NCBI GenBank assembly: GCA_033763315.1
Contig: JANRKS010000040.1
Coordinates: forward strand, 235,631-299,630
Direction of reading: 5' to 3'
Origin: Deltaproteobacteria bacterium
GTDB taxonomy: Bacteria; Myxococcota_A; Polyangia; Fen-1088
DNA length: 64,000 nt
In this document: positions 59,420 through 64,000 of the stretch, piece after piece
Position numbering within the stretch: position 1 is the stretch's first letter
Layout of the letters: each line of letters begins with the position of its first letter
The notes under the pieces: generated by a model
Database searches by the model: none
What the model saw: only the letters and a program-made list of their open reading frames with translations
What the model was told of the DNA's origin: nothing
Made by a program: the position numbers and the translations under genes

Positions 59420-60991
59420 ATGGTACCCACCGCAGAGGCTTTAACTACGGGATCCCTGCTTTTCCTCGTCCTCGCCATCGTCTTGGCGCTGGGCTTCGAA
59501 TTCGTCAACGGCTTTCACGACACGGCCAACGCTGTCGCCACGGTGATCTACACCAACACCTTGCGGCCGTGGGTCGCCGTGATCTGGTCGGGAGCTTGGA
59601 ATCTGCTGGGCGTGCTTGCCTCAAGCGGCGGCATTGCGTTCGCCATCTTGGCGCTGTTGCCCGTTGAACTCATTGTGAATATCGGAACGGGTCCAGGGTT
59701 CGCCATGGTGTTTTCACTACTGACGGCCGCGATTTTGTGGAACCTTGGCACGTGGTACTTCGGCCTTCCGGCTTCAAGCTCACACACACTGATCGGTTCA
59801 ATCATGGGCGTGGGTCTAGCCAACGCTTTGTTGTCGCCAGGCAGTGATATCGCCAGCGGCGTAAACTGGAGCGAAGTGGCGAAGGTCTTCCGCGCTCTGC
59901 TCTTCTCGCCCCTCATCGGATTTTTTGTTGCCGCGGCTTTGCTTCTGTTAGCGAAGGCTTTGCTGCGAAAGCGGCCCGAACTGTTTGCAGAGCCGCCCAA
60001 AGACACACCGCCGCCCCGCTGGGTCCGCGGCCTGCTGATTCTCACCTGCACCGGGGTTAGCTTCGCGCACGGATCCAACGACGGCCAAAAGGGTATGGGT
60101 CTGCTGCTACTCATCCTCATCGGCATTCTTCCAGGCACCTACGCCCTCAACCCACATCTTGAGGCAGGCGCTCTGGCGACGCTTCAGACACAAGCGGCAC
60201 GCATGGAACCCACTTTGTTGGCCCAGGCGCGTTCAACAAAGATCGAACCTGGAAGCGAGACCGCGTTGCTCTCGTCCTATCTCGAACACGGGCATGCGGA
60301 CGAACGAACGTTCGCAGCCGCGGCAACAATCGACCGCCGGTTGGCAGAGGTCCTTCGCGGCAAGAACGACTTTACTTCGTTCAACGTTGATGAGCGTAAG
60401 ACGATTCGGACAGACATCTACTTGCTCAGTTCGACCCTCACAAAGTTGGCGAAGACGAAAGCATTCAACGATCCTTCCGTGGCCGGCTTTACAAGGCAGA
60501 TGAACGCCGCCACTCAGTTTATTCCGGCCTGGGTCAAGTTCGCGGTGGCACTGGCCCTGGGGCTGGGAACCATGATCGGTTGGAAGCGCATCGTTGTGAC
60601 CGTAGGTGAAAAGATCGGCAAAACGCACCTCACCTACGCGCAAGGCGCCTCGGCGGAGCTTGTTGCCATGGCCACGATCATCGCTGCCGACCAGTATCAC
60701 TTGCCGGTATCCACCACCCACGTTTTGTCTTCCGGCATCGCCGGAACGATGGCCGCCAATCGATCGGGACTGCAGATTCAGACGCTTCGAAATTTGGCAA
60801 CCGCTTGGGTGCTCACGTTGCCAGTGTCTGTGTTGCTTGGCGCCATCACTTTCGCCGGGGGCCTTTACATCGTGGTTCACAGCCTGATCGTGCAAGCTGT
60901 CGCGGTCGTGGGTCTTGCGTTGCTCGCGCTCGGGGCCGTGCTGTTCCGCCGCGTGGTTCTCGCACGCACACGCACCCCGGCAGCGTCGTGA
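59420..60991 (+). CDS. pitA: PiT-family inorganic phosphate transporter
   Basis: NGFHDTANAVAT, PASSSH, HGSNDGQKGMG and PVSTTH. Confidence 0.9.
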   Translation: MVPTAEALTTGSLLFLVLAIVLALGFEFVNGFHDTANAVATVIYTNTLRPWVAVIWSGAWNLLGVLASSGGIAFAILALLPVELIVNIGTGPGFAMVFSLLTAAILWNLGTWYFGLPASSSHTLIGSIMGVGLANALLSPGSDIASGVNWSEVAKVFRALLFSPLIGFFVAAALLLLAKALLRKRPELFAEPPKDTPPPRWVRGLLILTCTGVSFAHGSNDGQKGMGLLLLILIGILPGTYALNPHLEAGALATLQTQAARMEPTLLAQARSTKIEPGSETALLSSYLEHGHADERTFAAAATIDRRLAEVLRGKNDFTSFNVDERKTIRTDIYLLSSTLTKLAKTKAFNDPSVAGFTRQMNAATQFIPAWVKFAVALALGLGTMIGWKRIVVTVGEKIGKTHLTYAQGASAELVAMATIIAADQYHLPVSTTHVLSSGIAGTMAANRSGLQIQTLRNLATAWVLTLPVSVLLGAITFAGGLYIVVHSLIVQAVAVVGLALLALGAVLFRRVVLARTRTPAAS

Positions 60992-61069
60992 ATCAACGCA
61001 ACGATTGCGACCACCGGGCAAAAACGCCCGCCGTACACCGACGCAGCGCATTCGTTGTATACTTCGTTT

Positions 61070-61924
61070 ATGCCTGTCGAGAAGACAGCGTCACCTTTGC
61101 CCGAACGCGAACTCATCGTCGCCCTGTTTCACGGCGTGGTGCGGGCCATTCGCCCCCACGTTGATTCTTGGGACGATCTGAAAATGATGCTGATGAATGG
61201 CGCCGCGCTCGCCGTTCAGGAATTCGCGACAAAGCAAGGCAGTTCGCTTGCCGACACAGCCGCAGATCTCAAGGTGGATGTCACAACCTTGCGGCGCAAC
61301 TTGCCGCCCCCACCCGGCCGCGAATCGCTGCACGACCAGATCGTGCGCGAAGTTCACAGGCTCTTGGATCGTGAAGGCCGCGCCACCTTGGGCGAGCTTG
61401 AGGCCTTGTTGGCCACGTCGCCGCCGGTGATCGCCGCCCGTCGCGTGCAACCACGGTTGGCGGTCGACGATGTTGTGCTTGAGATGCTGGCGCAGGGCCA
61501 GTTGGTGCGTGTGGAACGAGAGCAATTGCCCACGCAGTTCTCCCTGCCGCCAGGCGCGCCCGTTCTTCAGCAGATGGGCCGTTCACGCGAAGACTGGCTA
61601 CGCGGCCTCGGTTACGCGATGAGCATCGCCTTCGACGCGGCCGTGCGACAGGCCAATGAAATCAATTCGGATTCGTTCAACGCCAAAGTGCGGCGCGCCC
61701 TGCAGGCGGGTGAAACACCCCCGCCGCCACAGGCGGAACGCGTTCCGTGGTTCTTTTTGCAGCGGCCAACTACTTTGCCCACCCACGAAGTCAACGAACG
61801 TTTTGCCGCCGCCATCCGGCAGGTGATAGAAGAAATCGAAGCGGAACGAGCGGCTGACGACGAGGGCGAGCTTTGTCAGCTAACACTTGCGATGAACCAC
61901 AGTCTCAAAGAGGTTGGACCATGA
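61070..61924 (+). CDS. Uncharacterised protein with HTH and winged-helix-like segments
   Basis: SLADTAADLKVDVTTLRR (HTH-like) and LLDREGRATLGEL...MLAQGQLVRV (wHTH-like). TATACT lies 6 nt before the ATG. Confidence 0.55.
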   Translation: MPVEKTASPLPERELIVALFHGVVRAIRPHVDSWDDLKMMLMNGAALAVQEFATKQGSSLADTAADLKVDVTTLRRNLPPPPGRESLHDQIVREVHRLLDREGRATLGELEALLATSPPVIAARRVQPRLAVDDVVLEMLAQGQLVRVEREQLPTQFSLPPGAPVLQQMGRSREDWLRGLGYAMSIAFDAAVRQANEINSDSFNAKVRRALQAGETPPPPQAERVPWFFLQRPTTLPTHEVNERFAAAIRQVIEEIEAERAADDEGELCQLTLAMNHSLKEVGP

Positions 61925-62073
61925 AAGCGATCGTGATCAAGTTGGCAGCGTTAACCCTTTTGAGCGTGGCGGTTCTCGGCGCGGCTTGCACGACCACCGG
62001 CGCCCGCAGCACAGCGTCCCAAGTTGCCGACGGTGGCCAGTGGGGCCAAAAAGGCGGCAAAGGCCTGTGCTAG
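61921..62073 (+). CDS. 50-aa lipoprotein/peptide precursor
   Basis: GAGGT RBS, ATGA overlap with the upstream stop and signal peptide MKAIVIK...VLGAAC. Confidence 0.7.
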   Translation: MKAIVIKLAALTLLSVAVLGAACTTTGARSTASQVADGGQWGQKGGKGLC

Positions 62074-62160
62074 GCGGCCGCAGGCCGCGGCTCGTGTGAT
62101 TTGTTCGTGGCCACGGCGCCACCCATTGCGCGCTTCGGGGCGAGACGTCAGGCTTTTGTC

Positions 62161-63663
62161 ATGCCGAAACCTGCGCCCTTGGCGGCCGAGGCTGACTGGA
62201 AGCGACGCGCGGTGCTCACCGACGATGGTTATTACGCGCTCGCAACGGAAGACACAGGCGACGCGTGCGTGCGTTTGTTTTTAACACCAACGCTGCTGCA
62301 AGAGACCGAAGCAACGCTTTACCGCCAGATCGTGAACGCCACGCGCTTCCCGGGCGCGCGCATGGTGGCCATCACGCCCGACACACATTATGGCTACGGC
62401 GTGCCCGTGGGATGTGTGATCCTCACCGACCGCGAGAACGGCGCCGTGGCGATGGGGCCGGTGGGTTTCGACATTGGCTGCGGCATGATGTCTGCGCGTT
62501 CTGACGTGCCCGCGGACAGAGCAACCCCCGACCGCAAGCTGGCGTTCAACCGCGAGGTGATGCAGCGGGTGTCGATGGGCGCCGGCGGCACAAGCGTTCG
62601 CTTGGGCAAAGTCTCTGAAGGCGAATTTCAAGACCTAGTTCGCGGCGGCGCTGAATACTACGTTGATAAATACGGAGCTGCCTTTGATCGCAGCCGCGCC
62701 GAACGCCACCGCATCCCGGTGGATGATGGATGGCAAATCCCGTGGGGCGCCGAGGGTCGACCCGAGCGCGGGCGCGAACAGCTTGGCTCGTTAGGCGGCG
62801 GCAACCACTTCATCGAGTTACAACGTGCGGAAGAAACCGGCACACTCTTCGTGCAAGTGCACACGGGCAGCCGCGGCTTCGGCCACGGGTTGGCCACGAA
62901 TTATTTCGCGATGGCGAAAGCTGAAAACCCCGAACACATCGACGACATTGACCTTGGCTACTTTACGCCCGCGTCTCGCCACCACAGCGATTATTTGAAC
63001 GCCGTGGCCGCGGGTGGCAACTACGCCATCTTGAACCGCTTGATCATCTTCGAGCAGATCGCCGAAGCGTTCCGCAAAGTGTTTCGCGCCGAACTCGAGC
63101 TTGTTTACGAGATCTCGCACAACCTTGTGCAGGCGGAAACGCATCCCGAATTCGGTGAAGTGTGGGTGCATCGCAAGGGGGCCACGCGCGCGTTTCCCGG
63201 GGGTCACCCTGCGCTTGCGGGCACGATTTGGGAGGCCAGCGGTCATCCGGTTCTCATCCCCGGCAGCAACCGGGATTACAGCTACATCCTGCGTCCGCTT
63301 CCGGGCGCTGTGCGCAGCGGTTACTCCGTCAACCACGGAGCGGGCCGTCGGATGTCACGAGGCGAAGCGATGCGGCAGCTCGATCAACACAAAGTAAACG
63401 AGCAATACCGCCGCGACGGCATCTTGGTGAACCTCGACGGCAAGGTGCCGCTGGATGAATCAAGCGCGTGCTACAAACGCGCCGAAGAAGTGGTCCGCGC
63501 CGTTGTGGACGCAGGTCTCGCGACGATCGAACACACGCTGTGGCCGTTGGCCTCGCTCAAGGGCACCGACGAGGGCCGCGGCGCAAAGCGCGCCCGACGC
63601 AAAGAAGATCGGCAGCGCGACAAGACGCGGGACGCCGCAAGGAAAACGAAGGCGCATTACTGA
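62161..63663 (+). CDS. rtcB: RtcB-family RNA ligase
   Basis: PDTHYGYGVPVG, GFDIGCG, GSLGGGNHF, HTGSRG, SHN, HRKGAT, IPGS and HGAGR. Confidence 0.9.
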   Translation: MPKPAPLAAEADWKRRAVLTDDGYYALATEDTGDACVRLFLTPTLLQETEATLYRQIVNATRFPGARMVAITPDTHYGYGVPVGCVILTDRENGAVAMGPVGFDIGCGMMSARSDVPADRATPDRKLAFNREVMQRVSMGAGGTSVRLGKVSEGEFQDLVRGGAEYYVDKYGAAFDRSRAERHRIPVDDGWQIPWGAEGRPERGREQLGSLGGGNHFIELQRAEETGTLFVQVHTGSRGFGHGLATNYFAMAKAENPEHIDDIDLGYFTPASRHHSDYLNAVAAGGNYAILNRLIIFEQIAEAFRKVFRAELELVYEISHNLVQAETHPEFGEVWVHRKGATRAFPGGHPALAGTIWEASGHPVLIPGSNRDYSYILRPLPGAVRSGYSVNHGAGRRMSRGEAMRQLDQHKVNEQYRRDGILVNLDGKVPLDESSACYKRAEEVVRAVVDAGLATIEHTLWPLASLKGTDEGRGAKRARRKEDRQRDKTRDAARKTKAHY

Positions 63664-64000
63664 ATGCACAAGTGAGGGTACCCCTATTGCGTGAATCCAC
63701 TGGATTGGTCCTCGGGAACCAACCCTTGGCAAAGGGTGGGTCATTGCAGGAAGACCTCTGTCTTAAGCCACAACAGTGGCTGGCAAACTCAGAATTTAGC
63801 GAGGTTGATGTTGACGTCGCGGGGTTGGCCATCGGCGGCTGGGTGCCATAGCGCCATGGAGCCTGCAAGTGGACTCATTTGTGGCGCAGGCTACCGAGGT
63901 GCGCGCGTCAGGAGGCACCTTGCTGTCAAAGTCTCGGGAAAGCCCGTGTTTGAAATCATCCTCTTGGCCGGTCTGTAGGTGATCGTTGAGGGTTGAACTC

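Noticed and set aside
63664-64000. Possible gene end or ORF at the window edge
   Set aside because: No frame gave a recognisable protein; cannot be supported without the downstream sequence.

Overview
GC-rich bacterial DNA, most likely from Myxococcota/Polyangia (inferred from Cys-rich lipoproteins, DUF1592/DUF1552 pairs and a MYXO-CTERM-like tail). 1-13.6 kb is a surface-glycan locus: TPR/glycosyltransferase/methyltransferase fusions plus a pseudaminic-acid operon (pseB-pseC-pseG-pseI) that lacks pseH and instead encodes two formyltransferase domains and a PIG-L de-N-acetylase. 13.7-24.5 kb holds a KirBac channel, a giant Cys-rich lipoprotein, eno, an atypical ClpX paralog, kup and others. 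24.7-52.6 kb is an accessory region with four divergent copies of a two-gene module: a mono-heme c lipoprotein (DUF1592 family) plus a Tat-exported His-rich protein (DUF1552). Neighbouring these modules are a beta-propeller/Y_Y_Y sensor kinase with a NarL-type regulator, an ECF sigma/anti-sigma cassette that shares a 28-bp promoter motif with module 3, a secreted hydrolase, an aldose epimerase, a rhamnosidase relic, an exported argininosuccinate-lyase-like enzyme and a vapBC pair. 52.9-64 kb holds two Cys-repeat lipoproteins, metF, pit, an HTH protein coupled to a 50-aa lipopeptide, and rtcB. No rRNA, tRNA, CRISPR array or transposase was seen. All family calls come from motif recognition by eye, not from database searches.
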